NCBI GenBank assembly: GCA_963821845.1
Contig: CAWGFI010000006.1
Coordinates: forward strand, 513,478-577,477
DNA length: 64,000 bases
Reading direction: 5' to 3'
Source: an uncultured delta proteobacterium
GTDB taxonomy: Bacteria > Desulfobacterota > Desulfarculia > JACQYL01 > CAWGVV01
The notes beneath the pieces are model-generated. The model saw nothing but the letters and a program-made list of their open reading frames with translations, was not told the origin of the DNA and searched no databases. Position numbers and translations under genes: made by a program. Below are positions 8,105 through 18,290 of the stretch, in pieces. Numbering within the stretch: the first letter of the stretch is position 1; every line of letters begins with the position of its first letter.

Positions 8105-11100
8105 CTATTTGGCTTGTTTGTCTTGGTCATTTTTTTTCTTTCCGAACAGTTGCGACACCCCTACAAAGGCGAGGGGTATGAAAAAGATCGCCAGGAAGGT
8201 GGCGGTAATCATTCCGCCGAGAACGCCGGTGCCGATGGCCATCTGCGCTCCGGCTCCGGCCCCGTCGGCCAGCGCCAGGGGAAGCACGCCGAACCCGAAG
8301 GCCAGGGAGGTCATGACGATCGGTCGGAACCTCAATTTGGCTCCTTCCAGGGTGGCTTCGATTAACCCCATTCCCTCGCCCACCTTGGCCATGGCGAACT
8401 GGACGATCAGAATGGCGTTCTTGGTGGTGAGCCCCAGCACGGTCAGCAGTCCGATCTGGAAATAGACGTCATTGGACAGCCCCCGCATCGAGGTCGCCAC
8501 CACGCCGCCGATAACGCCCAGCGGCAGCGCCAGCATAATGGTGATGGGAATGGTCCAACTCTCGTACAGAGCGGCCAGACACAGAAAAATGACGATCATG
8601 GAAAAAGCGTAGAGCAGCCCCGTCTGGGATGTGGCCATGCGCTCCTGGTAGGAGAGACCCGCCCAGTCAAAACCGATACCCTTGGGAAGCTTGGAGGTGA
8701 TTTCTTCCATGGCCTGCATGGCCTCCCCCGAACTTCTCCCGGGCGCCGGCTCACCCCAGATGTTCAACGCCGGAAAGGCGTTGAAACGCTCCAGCCTCGG
8801 CGGTCCCAGAAACCAGTGACCCGTGGCGAAAGAAGAGAACGGCGTCATGGTTCCCGATCCGTTCCGAACATAGAGCCGTTCCAGATCCTTGGGCAGCATG
8901 CGGTAGGGCGCGTCGGCCTGGACGTAGACCCGCTTTACGCGGCCGCCCTGGATGAAGTCGTTCACATAGGCGCCGCCAAAGGCCGCCGATATGGTGGTGT
9001 GGATGGCGTCGATGGGAACGCCCAGGGCCCCGGCTTTCTCCCAATCCACGTCGATGCGGTACTGCGACACGTCTTCCAGGCCGTTGGGGCGGACCCGGAT
9101 CAATCGCGGGTCCTTGGAGGCCATGCCGAGCAACTGGTTGCGGGCCTCCATCAGGGCTTCATGGCCCATGCCACCGCGATCCTGCAATTCGAAGTCGAAA
9201 CCGCCCGCGCGTCCGAGTTCCATGACCGCCGGCGGCGGGAACGCGAACACCCGCGCGTTGCGAATCTGGGAGAAGCGTCCCATGGCGCGTCCCAGGAGCG
9301 CGTTTATTTTCAGGTCGGGCCGCTTGCGCAAGTCCCAGTCCTGGAGTTTGACGAACCCCAGACCCACGTTCTGGCCCGCTCCCGAGAAGCCTCTGCCGGC
9401 CAGGGTGAAGCAGGTCGCCACCGTTTCCTTCTCATCCTCCAGAAAGTACTTCCGGACTTGCGTCATGACCTCATCGGTCTGTTCCAGAGTCGATCCGGAG
9501 GGCAGGGTGGCCTGCACGAACACGATGCCCTGGTCCTCGTTGGGCAGATAGGCGGTGGGCATTTTCTGATACAGATATCCCAGGGCTACCACTATCAGAA
9601 GGTACATAACGAGAAAGCGCAGCTTCCGGGAAAGAATTCCGCCCACCATGCCCTGATACCGGTCCCTGACCCAGTTAAAAACCCGGTCGAACAACCGGAA
9701 AAAGGGACGGAACAGAAAGAATCCGCCTTCCGCGGCGCCGTGCTTGCCTTTATGCGCGGGCTTGAGCAGCGACGCGCAGAGCACCGGGGTCAGGATCAGG
9801 GCCACTATCACCGACAGCAGCATGGCCGCGATGACGGTTACGGAGAACTGGCGATAGATGACGCCGGTGGAGCCGCCGAAGAAGGCCATGGGGCCGAACA
9901 CCGCCGCGAGCACGAGACCGATGCCGACCAGGGCGCTGGTGATTTCCTCCATGGATTTGCGGGTCGCTTCCTTGGGCGACAAGCCCCTCCTCGTTCATGA
10001 CCCGCTCCACGTTTTCCACCACCACGATGGCGTCGTCCACCAACAGGCCGATGGCCAGCACCATGGCGAACATGGTCAGCATGTTGATGGAGAACCCGAA
10101 CAACCCCAGCACGGCGAAGGTCCCCAGAATGACCACCGGCACCGCCAGGGTGGGGATCAGCGTGGCCCGGATGTTTCCCAGGAACAGGAACATGACCAGG
10201 AAAACCAGCAGGATCGCCTCGAATAGCGTTTTGACCACTTCGTCGATGGCCACCTTGACGAAGGGTGTCGTGTCGTAGGGATAGATGACCTTCATGCCCG
10301 GGAGGAAAGTAGCTGGGAAAGCTCCGCCATTTTCGCCTTGACCGCGTCGGCGGTGTTCAGCGCGTTGGCGCCGGGGGCCTGCCGAACAGCCAGCGCGGTG
10401 GCGGGGTTGCCGTTGAACAGGGTGTGGGTCCCGTACTGCTCGGTCCCCAGTTCCGTTCGCCCCACGTCCCGCACCCGCACGATGGAGCCGTCGGGGTTGG
10501 TCCGAAGCGGGATGGAGGCGAACTCCTCCGGGCGTCTTGAGCAGGGTCTGCACGATAATGGAAGCGTTCAGGCGTTGGCCTATCCATCGCCGGAGCCCCG
10601 CCGAACTGACCGGCGGAAACTTCCACGTTGTAGGCCTGAAGCGCCTTCATGACATCGGCCATGGTCATGCGATAGTTGGCCAGTTTATCCGGATTCAGCC
10701 ATATCCGCATGGCGTACTGGGAGCCGAAAGTCTCCACTTCGCCCACTCCGGGCACTCGCGCCAGCATCTGCTGGACGCTGGACTGGGCGTAGTCGCCCAG
10801 GTCATACTCATCCATGCTGCCGTCTTCCGAAACAAGTCCCACGATGATCAGCCAGTTTCTGGTGGATTTGCTGACCTTGACGCCCTGATCGTTGCACCAC
10901 GTCGGGCAGGCTGGCCATGGCGAGCTGGAGCTTGTTCTGCACCTGAGCCCAGGCCAGGTCCGGATCGGTTCCCGGAGCAAAGGTGAGCTCGATTCTGCCG
11001 GCGCCCGACGCGTCGCTGGTGGCGGACATGTACAGCAACTTGTCAAAGCCGGTCATCTTCTGCTCGATGATCTGGATAACGCTGTCTTCAACGGTTTGGG

Positions 11101-11262
11101 CGGAAGCCCCGGATAAAAGGCGTCGATGGCGATGGACGGAGGCGCGATGGGCGGATACTGGGAGATGGGCAGATTATAAATCGCCAGCGCGCCCGCCAGC
11201 ATCATGATGATGGCGATGACCCAGGCAAAAACCGGGCGCTCAAGAAAGAAATTCGATAACAT
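8105..11262 (-). pseudogene. RND inner-membrane efflux pump, AcrB/MexB-like, multiply frameshifted
   Basis: The C-terminal 625 aa sit in one frame (8105..9982). The N-terminal half is split collinearly over ORFs 9750..10553, 10292..10480, 10357..11046, 10808..11056 and 11053..11496. Blocks include [24 protein letters not shown] and [17 protein letters not shown]. The ATG at 11262 follows an ACGGAG RBS. Confidence 0.85.
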
Positions 11263-11273
11263 CGCGAACTCCG

Positions 11274-12454
11274 TCAGTTCGATTTCGCGGTGCGGACGGG
11301 GCTGGCGTCTGCGAGGCTTCGCGCCGGCCTTGGAGCTGTTCAAGGGAACGGCCTTCACCGTGGCGCCCGGCCGAACATTCAGCATGCCCTCGACGATCAC
11401 CCGTTCTCCGCCGGATATCCCGGAAGAGACCAGCCACTGTCGCCGATGGCCCGGTTGAGCGTCAGCATCCGCTGCTGGACCACGCCTTTCTGTCATCCAC
11501 GATCAGCGCGAGGGTTCCCCCTTGGGAGTGCGGCTCACGCCCTGTTGAGGAGCCAGGATGGCATGTTCAGCAACGCCTTCCTGTATGAACGGCCCGCACA
11601 AACATTCCCGGCAGGAGCAGATTTTGCGGATTGGGAACCACGATGCGCAGCGTGAACGAACCGGTGGCCGGGTCCACCGTCACGTCGCGGAACTGCAGCG
11701 TTGCCTTCCAGCGGATAGGGTGTTCCGTCTTCCAGGAGTATGCGGACCTTTTTCCCGTTTTTTCCATCGGTGGTGAGTTCGCCGGTTTCCAGGTTGCGTT
11801 TCAGGCGCAGCAGTTCGGCGGACGACTGGGTCACGTCCACATAAATGGGGTCCAGTTGCTGAATGGTCGCACAGGGAGGTCGGCTTGATAGGCCGTCACG
11901 AGCGCCCCATCGGTCACGCTGGACATGCCTATCCGTCCGGAAATGGGAGCGGTGACGCGGGTATAGCCCAAATTGATGCGGGCCGCTTCAACCGCGGCTT
12001 TGCAATATTCGATCTCGGCCTTGGCCTGTTCCACCGCGGCCACCGCGTCCTCGTAATCCTGCGGGCTGACCGCTTTGACGTCAAGCAATTCCTTGTATCG
12101 TTCGGCCCTCGAGCGGATCGACGGCAAATTGGCCTGCGCTTTTCCCAGCGACGCCTTTGCGGAATCATAAGCCACCTGAAAGGGGACGGGATCGATCTGG
12201 TACAGGAGGTCGCCGGCTTTGACATCCGAGCCTTCCCGGAACAACCGCTTTTCTATGATGCCGTTGACCCGCGGCCGGATTTCCGCAATCAGGTAGGCGG
12301 AGGTACGGCCCGGCAATTCGGTGGTCAGCTCGATCTGCCGCGGCTCGATGGTCACCGTGGCCACTTCCGGCACGGGGGGCGGCGGGGCTTCCTTGCTGTG
12401 CCCGTTTTCGCAGCCCCACAGCAAAAGGAGACTCAAAAGAGCCGCCAGAACCAT
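11274..12454 (-). pseudogene. RND periplasmic adaptor (AcrA/MexA-like membrane-fusion lipoprotein), multiply frameshifted
   Basis: The N-terminus with LLWGC lipobox and lipoyl/hairpin domains is in ORF 11831..12568. The beta-barrel/MP domains are split over 11535..11840, 11567..11767 and the 5' part of 11053..11496. The inferred stop TGA is at 11274-11276. Confidence 0.8.
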
Positions 12455-12564
12455 GGCCCATCCGAGTGGCTGAAAATCTATTCCTTGTTCCGTTGCATCA
12501 GAAGACCTCCAGAAGCAAGATGATGAGCGATATTCAGTCGGAAATCCGTGCGAGAATTCATGAG

Positions 12565-13181
12565 TCAATCAGTCCTTTGAAAAAAATATCCAAAATGGTC
12601 GTCCGGGATTCTCCGGAAAGGGATGACCTCGGGCTCGTAAAGCCAAAGGAGAAGATAAGCGTCGAGCGTGCTGTCGAGAGCGACGGCCAGATGAAAGGGG
12701 TCGGCGATCTGCTTGAACCGTTTGTTTTCGATTCCGCTCTCAAGGATCGCGGCGACGTTTTTCAGAAAGGTGAAATACCGCGTTCGCATCTCTTCATCCA
12801 GGCCCGCCTTGATGTTGAAACTGGCCCCTCTGCTCTCGGCGAGAAAGAGCCGAATAAAGGCGATGTGCTTGCGAAACCGTTCGCCCGGGCCCGGATATAA
12901 TTTCGCAGTTTTTCCACCTCATCACCCGGCTCATTGATGGCTCGCGTGATGCTGTCCTCAAACTTTTCGTATTCTTCCAGAACAAGCGCCTTGTAGAGGT
13001 CCTCCTTGTTCTGGAAGAACTTATAGAGCGTTCCGATGGCGAACTCGGCCTTTTCGGCGATCTCGTGCATGGTTACGCTGTGGTACCCCTTCTGGGAGAA
13101 AAGATCGAGCGCGGCGGCGAGCATTTCCTGCCGCTGCCGCAGTTTCTCGCGCTCCCTGCGGGGGAGTTTTTTTGCTTGCAT
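12565..13181 (-). pseudogene. TetR/AcrR-family regulator of the efflux operon, frameshifted
   Basis: The N-terminal HTH (AALDLFSQKGYHSVTMHEIAEKAEFAIGTLYKFF) is in ORF 12762..13181. The C-terminal ligand domain is in ORF 12565..12789, in another frame. The connecting segment is readable only in a third frame. Confidence 0.75.
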
Positions 13182-13221
13182 TGCGTTACCTTTCTCCGCC
13201 CGTCCGATTTTCGTGAACGGC

Positions 13222-13249
13222 GCGTCACATTGTGTAATACTGCGTCACA
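13222..13249. promoter_or_regulatory. Direct repeat GCGTCACA-n12-GCGTCACA upstream of the efflux TetR gene; candidate operator
   Basis: Read directly. Copies are at 13222-13229 and 13242-13249 (20-bp periodicity), 41-68 bp upstream of the TetR start. Confidence 0.25.
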
Positions 13250-13515
13250 GGGTATCCGTCAAGCGGTTGTGAAGGGCGCTTTCGGGCCGCGACGGACCGT
13301 GAAAAAGCGAGCCAAACTCGCGCCCATAAAGCGATTCGCCCGTCCCCGAAGCGTTTGGTGGACTGAATAAACCTTTATCGAAAATTACTGTTATAATAAA
13401 AGGTGTAAAGGCGGGCCATTTGAATGTGGCGAGAAATGATGAAAACATAAAAGCTTGGAGCCTCGGTCGGATTACCATCGCGGCCGGGTCGTCCCAAGAC
13501 GGTGGAGGTGATCGG

Positions 13516-14200
13516 ATGGCGGTGTCCGGGGAAGAAATCATATTCCTTTTCGATGTGGACAATACCCTACTCGACAACGACAGCGTGCAGATCGACCTCA
13601 GAAACCATATCGAACGCGAATTCGGCGTGGAGAGCAGGGACCGGTACTGGGCGATTCTCGAAGAGCTGCGGGAGGAACTCGGGTACGTGGATTATCTCGG
13701 CGCGCTTGCAGCGCTACCGGCTCGAAGACCGCTGCGATCCGCATCTGCTGACCATGTCGTCGTTCCTGCTGGAATACCCCTTCCGCGATCGTCTGTATCC
13801 GGGTTCGCTGGACGTCCTGACGCGCTTCCAGTCCTGGGGGACCACGGTTATTCTGTCCGACGGCGACGTGGTTTTTCAGCCGCGCAAGGTCGAACGTTCG
13901 GGGCTCTGGAAAGCGGTGGAAGGGCGCGTACTCATCTATATTCACAAGGAAGAGATGCTGGAGGAAGTCGAGGAGCGCTATCCCGCCGGCCATTATGTCA
14001 TGGTGGACGACAAGTTGCGTATTCTGGCGGCCATGAAAAAGATTTGGAAAGACCGGCTGACGGCCGTCTGGCCGCGCCAGGGACATTATGCGCTCGACCC
14101 CCACGCGGTCGCCGACTATCCGCCGGCCGATCTCGACATTGCGCGCATCGGCGATCTGCTTACCTACGACCGGTCCGCGTTCCTCGGGACTCCCCGCTGA
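13516..14200 (+). pseudogene. HAD-superfamily hydrolase, one frameshift near 13.70 kb
   Basis: The start has a GGAGG RBS. MAVSGEEIIFLFDVDNTLLDN (HAD motif I, DxD) is in the frame of ORF 13420..14424. The remainder (...TTVILSDGD...VMVDDK...) is in the frame of ORF 13502..14200. Confidence 0.7.
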
Positions 14201-14279
14201 AGAATCACGCCGGGGTGGGATATGAAGAGGGAGACGAGGACGGGGAGCCGACGCTCTCCGTCCCCAACGCTTGCGCGGG

Positions 14280-14462
14280 TTACTTCATGTTTTTCATCAA
14301 CAGATCGTGCGTGTTTTTTCTGGATTCCTTAGCGCTCATTTCAAAGGCTTTGCCGGCGGCCTCGAAGGTTTTGTCCGTGATGGCCTTGCCGTCGGGGTCC
14401 ATTCCCATATGGCCTTTTCCGTGATCGTCACTCGCGCTGCCGCATCCGCAATTGTAACACAT
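14280..14462 (-). CDS. Small Cys/His-rich protein (MCYNCGCGSASDDHGKGHMGMD...), possible metal-binding
   Basis: 60-aa ORF with a GGAGA RBS 7 nt upstream. The N-terminal CxxCxC plus His/Asp cluster is followed by a Lys/Glu-rich helical tail. No family recognised. Confidence 0.45.
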   Translation of the reverse strand: MCYNCGCGSASDDHGKGHMGMDPDGKAITDKTFEAAGKAFEMSAKESRKNTHDLLMKNMK

Positions 14463-14689
14463 GGTGTTCGTCTCCTTTCAGAGCGGATTCGTTCCGCCGT
14501 TGAGTTTCGTTTTATCCGCCGAGCCTGACGCTCCGGCGCATGATACGTCTTATTCTCAACGATAGAGCGTTCCGAGCCTATAAGGAGAAGCCCGTATTGC
14601 GGGGTTTGAAATACCTGATCCGCTCTCCACGTATGGACGTTCCGCGTTCGAAGCGGTTTCCCAAGAGAGCCGCCGGGCGTCGGGTTCGA

Positions 14690-14953
14690 TCAGAAAATGA
14701 TCACGCCGATGATCCCCAGGGCGCCGACCACGATGGCTAACGCGCCGATAATGATCGCCAGCAGGCTGATGATGCCGCCGCCCACGCGAGGAGATGCCGC
14801 GAAGATCATCCCCAGGACTCCCAGGGGAATCGAAACCACACCGGCGATCACTCCCCAAATGGGATGTCCGGTAAAAGTGATAATGAAGCTGCCGATAGCC
14901 GCGATAATCGCAAGAGTCGCCGATGTGCCTGTTTTCTGATCCATAATGTCCAT
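14690..14953 (-). CDS. Small integral membrane protein (about 3 TM helices)
   Basis: Lies in ORF 14690..15142. I prefer the Met at 14953 (MDIMDQK...), preceded by GGAGGAA. Strongly hydrophobic and Gly/Ile-rich: ATLAIIAAIGSFIITF..., GVIAGVVSIPLGVLGMIF, IISLLAIIIGALAIVVGALGIIGVIIF. Confidence 0.5.
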   Translation of the reverse strand: MDIMDQKTGTSATLAIIAAIGSFIITFTGHPIWGVIAGVVSIPLGVLGMIFAASPRVGGGIISLLAIIIGALAIVVGALGIIGVIIF

Positions 14954-15168
14954 TCCTCCGTGGTTATCAATGAAAATAAGTATAAGCCCGAGTACGCGCC
15001 AATGATGAAATTCTGTATTCTCCTTCAACTCATGCTGTATTTTACCGGCCAGGCCATGGCGTTGAAAAGAACCAAACGCTCCCCGGAACGGTTCCTTATG
15101 AAGCAGTTGATTCGATGCGCAAAAATAATAAATAATAACCAAAGAGATTCGAAACCCGAGGAGGATGT

Positions 15169-15966
15169 TTGAGCGACAACACGATTCCCCTGACCATTAT
15201 ACTGCGGGAAGGAAAAGCGGAGACGTCCGCCCGGCTGGACCTGATCCGAGAGGAGCCCCTGTCCATACGGGTTCAGGGCCGCCCCTACGCCGTGGTCATG
15301 CGCACGCCGGGAGACGAACCGGCTCACATCGCCGGGTTTTGTTTGGCCGAAGGCGTTCTGGACAGTCCCGACGACGTCGAAACCATCGCCTCCTGCGACG
15401 GAGAAGCCACCAACGTGGTTACCCTCACCGTCACGCCGGCGCGGTTGCTTTCCATAACCGCCATTCTGGAGCGCCGGGGGTTCGTCAGCCAGACCAGTTG
15501 CGGCATCTGCGGCAAGGAACTGGTCGAGGACCTTTCGCAGATGGTCAAGCCTCTGCCCGACGGCCCCGCCATTGACCTGGAAAAGGCGTACCACCGCCTG
15601 GAAACCCTGAAGGATCGCCAGACCCTCTACAAAAAGACCCGCGCCGCCCACGCGGCGGCCCTTTACAGCGCCGATCTGGAACCGTTGTCGCTGGCCGAGG
15701 ACGTGGGCCGCCACAACGCCCTGGACAAGGCCATCGGAAAACTCTTTCTTGAGCGAACGCTCCATCGCGCCGAAGTGTTGATCCTTTCTTCACGCATCAG
15801 CTATGAGCTGGTGCAGAAAGCGGCTCGCGCCAAGATCCCCTTCATCCTGGCCGCTTCCAGGCCCACGGCCCTGGCGGTCGAATTGGCCGCTTCCCTGAAC
15901 ATGACCCTGGCCTCGCCGTCCAGGGGTGCGGGAATCAACGTCTATTGCGGTTCCGGACGCCTGTAG
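15169..15966 (+). CDS. fdhD: Formate dehydrogenase accessory sulfurtransferase FdhD
   Basis: 265 aa with a TTG start after GAGGAGGA. Blocks are EPLSIRVQG, VVMRTPGDEPAHIAGFCLAEG and RQTLYKKTRAAHAAAL...DVGRHNALDKAIG...LILSSRISYELVQKAA. Confidence 0.85.
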   Translation: MSDNTIPLTIILREGKAETSARLDLIREEPLSIRVQGRPYAVVMRTPGDEPAHIAGFCLAEGVLDSPDDVETIASCDGEATNVVTLTVTPARLLSITAILERRGFVSQTSCGICGKELVEDLSQMVKPLPDGPAIDLEKAYHRLETLKDRQTLYKKTRAAHAAALYSADLEPLSLAEDVGRHNALDKAIGKLFLERTLHRAEVLILSSRISYELVQKAARAKIPFILAASRPTALAVELAASLNMTLASPSRGAGINVYCGSGRL

Positions 15967-15980
15967 GTTAGCAGACTGAA

Positions 15981-16020
15981 ATGGGAGGACCCTTTTTGAA
16001 AAAGGTTCCCCCAAACTCAC
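15981..16020. terminator. Imperfect hairpin element GGGAGGACC-n12-GGTTCCCCC + CAAACTC between convergent fdhD and the AEC permease gene
   Basis: Read directly. Related in sequence to the hairpin at 19149..19182 (…GGTTCC(T/C)C(T/C)CAAACTC…). Confidence 0.4.
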
Positions 16021-16937
16021 GTCAGCAGCGACAACCACAGCGTATAGGTAATCCCGGACAAGAGCGTATTGATGGAAATGGCGGCGGAAGCCTGATCCGG
16101 GTCGCCGGACATGCCCACGGCCATGACATAGGTGAAGGTGGCCGTGGGGGTGGCGATGGCCACGAATCCCGGCAGGTACTGGCTTATTCCCACTCCCAGC
16201 AGAAGGGCCAATCCCAGACCGGCGGCGGGTTCCAGGACCAGTTTGATAAAACCGCTGGCCAGAGCCAGCCGCAGTCCGCGTTTCATTCGCGTGGGGGAAA
16301 GGGACGCCCCGATAATCAACAGGGCCAGAGGCAGCGCCAACCCTTTCACAATGGACAGCCACCGTTCCAGAATGAGCGGAACGCGCAGTCCGCTCAGGGA
16401 AAAGATCATCCCGGCCAGCGTGGACAGAATGGCCGGATGAAGCGCGATGGGGCGGAGAAGATTGGACCATTTCCTGCCGGGCTTACGTTCCTGGAAGGAT
16501 GTCAATACCTCCACGGCGAAGAAATTCTGAATCAGGATCAAGAAACCCGCCAGAATGCTGGCCTGAGCGAACCCCTGGTCGCCGAGAAAATAAAAGGCCA
16601 CGGCCAGCCCCACGTACCCGACGTTACCGTGGAACGAGCAGTGGGTGAAGGTGGCCGCTTCGTTGCGGGGTAGGCGCAAGAGTTTGGCGGTAAGCAGCCC
16701 GCACCCCAGGGCAATGGCCACGGGCACAAAGGTGGCCACGGCCACGAGCGGGTTGAAGGCGGTCGCGAATGAAGTATGCGCCACGGCCAGGAAAATCATG
16801 GCGGGTATGGCCACGTAATAGACCAGGCTGTTGGCCGGGCTGAGAAAGGTGTCCGGCAGAAAACCCACCCGCCGCAAAAGCGCGCCCAGGACGATGACCA
16901 TGAATATGGGGGCGATGGCGCCGACGATGCTGCTCAT
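16017..16937 (-). CDS. AEC-family (auxin efflux carrier) permease
   Basis: 306 aa, polytopic. Starts MSSIVGAIAPIFMVIVLGALLRRVGFL. Its ATG overlaps the stop of the upstream dpaL-like gene (ATGA). Confidence 0.85.
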   Translation of the reverse strand: MSSIVGAIAPIFMVIVLGALLRRVGFLPDTFLSPANSLVYYVAIPAMIFLAVAHTSFATAFNPLVAVATFVPVAIALGCGLLTAKLLRLPRNEAATFTHCSFHGNVGYVGLAVAFYFLGDQGFAQASILAGFLILIQNFFAVEVLTSFQERKPGRKWSNLLRPIALHPAILSTLAGMIFSLSGLRVPLILERWLSIVKGLALPLALLIIGASLSPTRMKRGLRLALASGFIKLVLEPAAGLGLALLLGVGISQYLPGFVAIATPTATFTYVMAVGMSGDPDQASAAISINTLLSGITYTLWLSLLT

Positions 16938-18148
16938 GAAGCTTCCGTCCGCCTGCTCTGTTCGACTTCGCCCGGTTCCTTTCCCACTACTTGGCGATAG
17001 ATGTCCGGATCGGTGGCCCCTTCGGTGCCGAAAACCAGGATATGGGATGATGAATCCAGACCCAGCAGGGTTCGGGCGATTTCGTCGGTTGACGCGGTAA
17101 TAAGCCCGGCCAGCCCGGCCACGCCCGACTCGCCCGCCACCAGCGGCGTATCGCCGCCTTCTCCCCGCGCCAATGTGCGCATGGCGTCCAGGGCCGCGTC
17201 ATCGGGAATGGTCAGAGCGAAATCCGCGCCCGCCGCTATGATTTCCCAGGCCAGTAGAGACACCTCGCCACAGGCCAGACCGGCCATGACGGTGTCCAAT
17301 GTTCCTGTGTCGGACACGGGGCTGCCCGCTTCAAGGCTCTGAAAGATGCAGTCGGCGCGGTCCGGCTCCACGATGACGAAACAGGGGCGCTCCGCGCCGT
17401 AAAGTTCCCACATATGGCCGATGATGGCGGCGGCCAGCGCCCCCACGCCGCCCTGGATAAACACGTGGGTGGGCTTTCCGTCCATGTTCGACAGCGCCTC
17501 GTCCACCATTACCGTGTAGCCCTGCGTCACGTCGCGGGGAATGTCCATATAGCCGGGGTAGGAAGTGTCCGAAATCACGGTTCGTCCCAGCCTGGCCGCG
17601 TCCTCGGCCGCCCGCCGCACCGACTCGTCGTAGGTTTTCCCCCCACGGATGACCGTGGCGCCCAAATCGGCGATGGCCCGTTCCCGCGCCCGGCTCACCC
17701 CTTCATGGAGATAAATCACGCACTCCAGCCCGAACAGGTTCGCGCCCCAGGCTACCGATCGGCCGTGATTGCCGTCGGTGGCGCAGCTTACGGCTATGGC
17801 GGACGTTATGTCGCGAAAGGCGCCGGCTCTCAGTTCGGCGTAACCCACGTCTCCGCGTCCGGTCTTTTCCTCGATGGCTCGTTTCAGGACTTTGAACACG
17901 GCGTACGCGCCGCCCAGAGCCTTGAAACTGCCCAGCCCGAATCTGCCCGATTCGTCCTTATACCACAGGGAACCCACGCCCAGACGCGCGGCCAGCCCGT
18001 TCAGGTTGCGCAAGGGGGTAACCGCGTAACCCGGCCAGGAGGAAATTTCTTTTTGAGCCTCCCGAAACCGGGAAAGATTCACGATCTCCCGCAAATCCGG
18101 CCCGTATTCCCGGCGCCGGTCGCATTCTCCGTTTTTGACGATCTTCAT
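16934..18148 (-). CDS. dpaL: Diaminopropionate ammonia-lyase (PLP-dependent)
   Basis: 404 aa. Contains WYKDESGRFGLGSFKALGGAYAV (PLP-Lys block) and a tryptophan-synthase-beta-like fold pattern. Confidence 0.8.
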   Translation of the reverse strand: MKIVKNGECDRRREYGPDLREIVNLSRFREAQKEISSWPGYAVTPLRNLNGLAARLGVGSLWYKDESGRFGLGSFKALGGAYAVFKVLKRAIEEKTGRGDVGYAELRAGAFRDITSAIAVSCATDGNHGRSVAWGANLFGLECVIYLHEGVSRARERAIADLGATVIRGGKTYDESVRRAAEDAARLGRTVISDTSYPGYMDIPRDVTQGYTVMVDEALSNMDGKPTHVFIQGGVGALAAAIIGHMWELYGAERPCFVIVEPDRADCIFQSLEAGSPVSDTGTLDTVMAGLACGEVSLLAWEIIAAGADFALTIPDDAALDAMRTLARGEGGDTPLVAGESGVAGLAGLITASTDEIARTLLGLDSSSHILVFGTEGATDPDIYRQVVGKEPGEVEQSRRTEAS

Positions 18149-18290
18149 GCTACACCCGCATGTCCGTTGTCATTTCGGCCTCCCGCATTCCCGGCAAAGC
18201 CATGATCGCATCGCCGCTTCCATTGACGGCCCGGAAAGGGAGTATTACATAAATGACACTGAAAAAAAACCGCAAGTAAAGGATGGAAAC

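Noticed and set aside
8816-10000. Long ORFs antisense to real genes. Examples: 8816..10000 (+), 15025..15765 (-), 20812..21912 (-), 26277..27536 (+), 38447..39769 (+), 42806..43921 (+), 56798..57949 (+), 61306..62112 (+)
   Set aside because: All overlap confidently identified genes on the opposite strand. All have Arg/Gly/His/Pro-rich compositions typical of GC-rich antisense frames. None shows a recognisable motif.
14463-14689. Moco riboswitch on the plus strand (two CCGAGCC motifs, AAGGAG, ACCUG) near fdhD
   Set aside because: The motif resemblance is only partial and from memory. On the plus strand there is no downstream gene to regulate, since the next 260 bp are antisense to a membrane-protein gene and fdhD is about 480 nt away. 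I kept only the strand-neutral observation of a structured leader.
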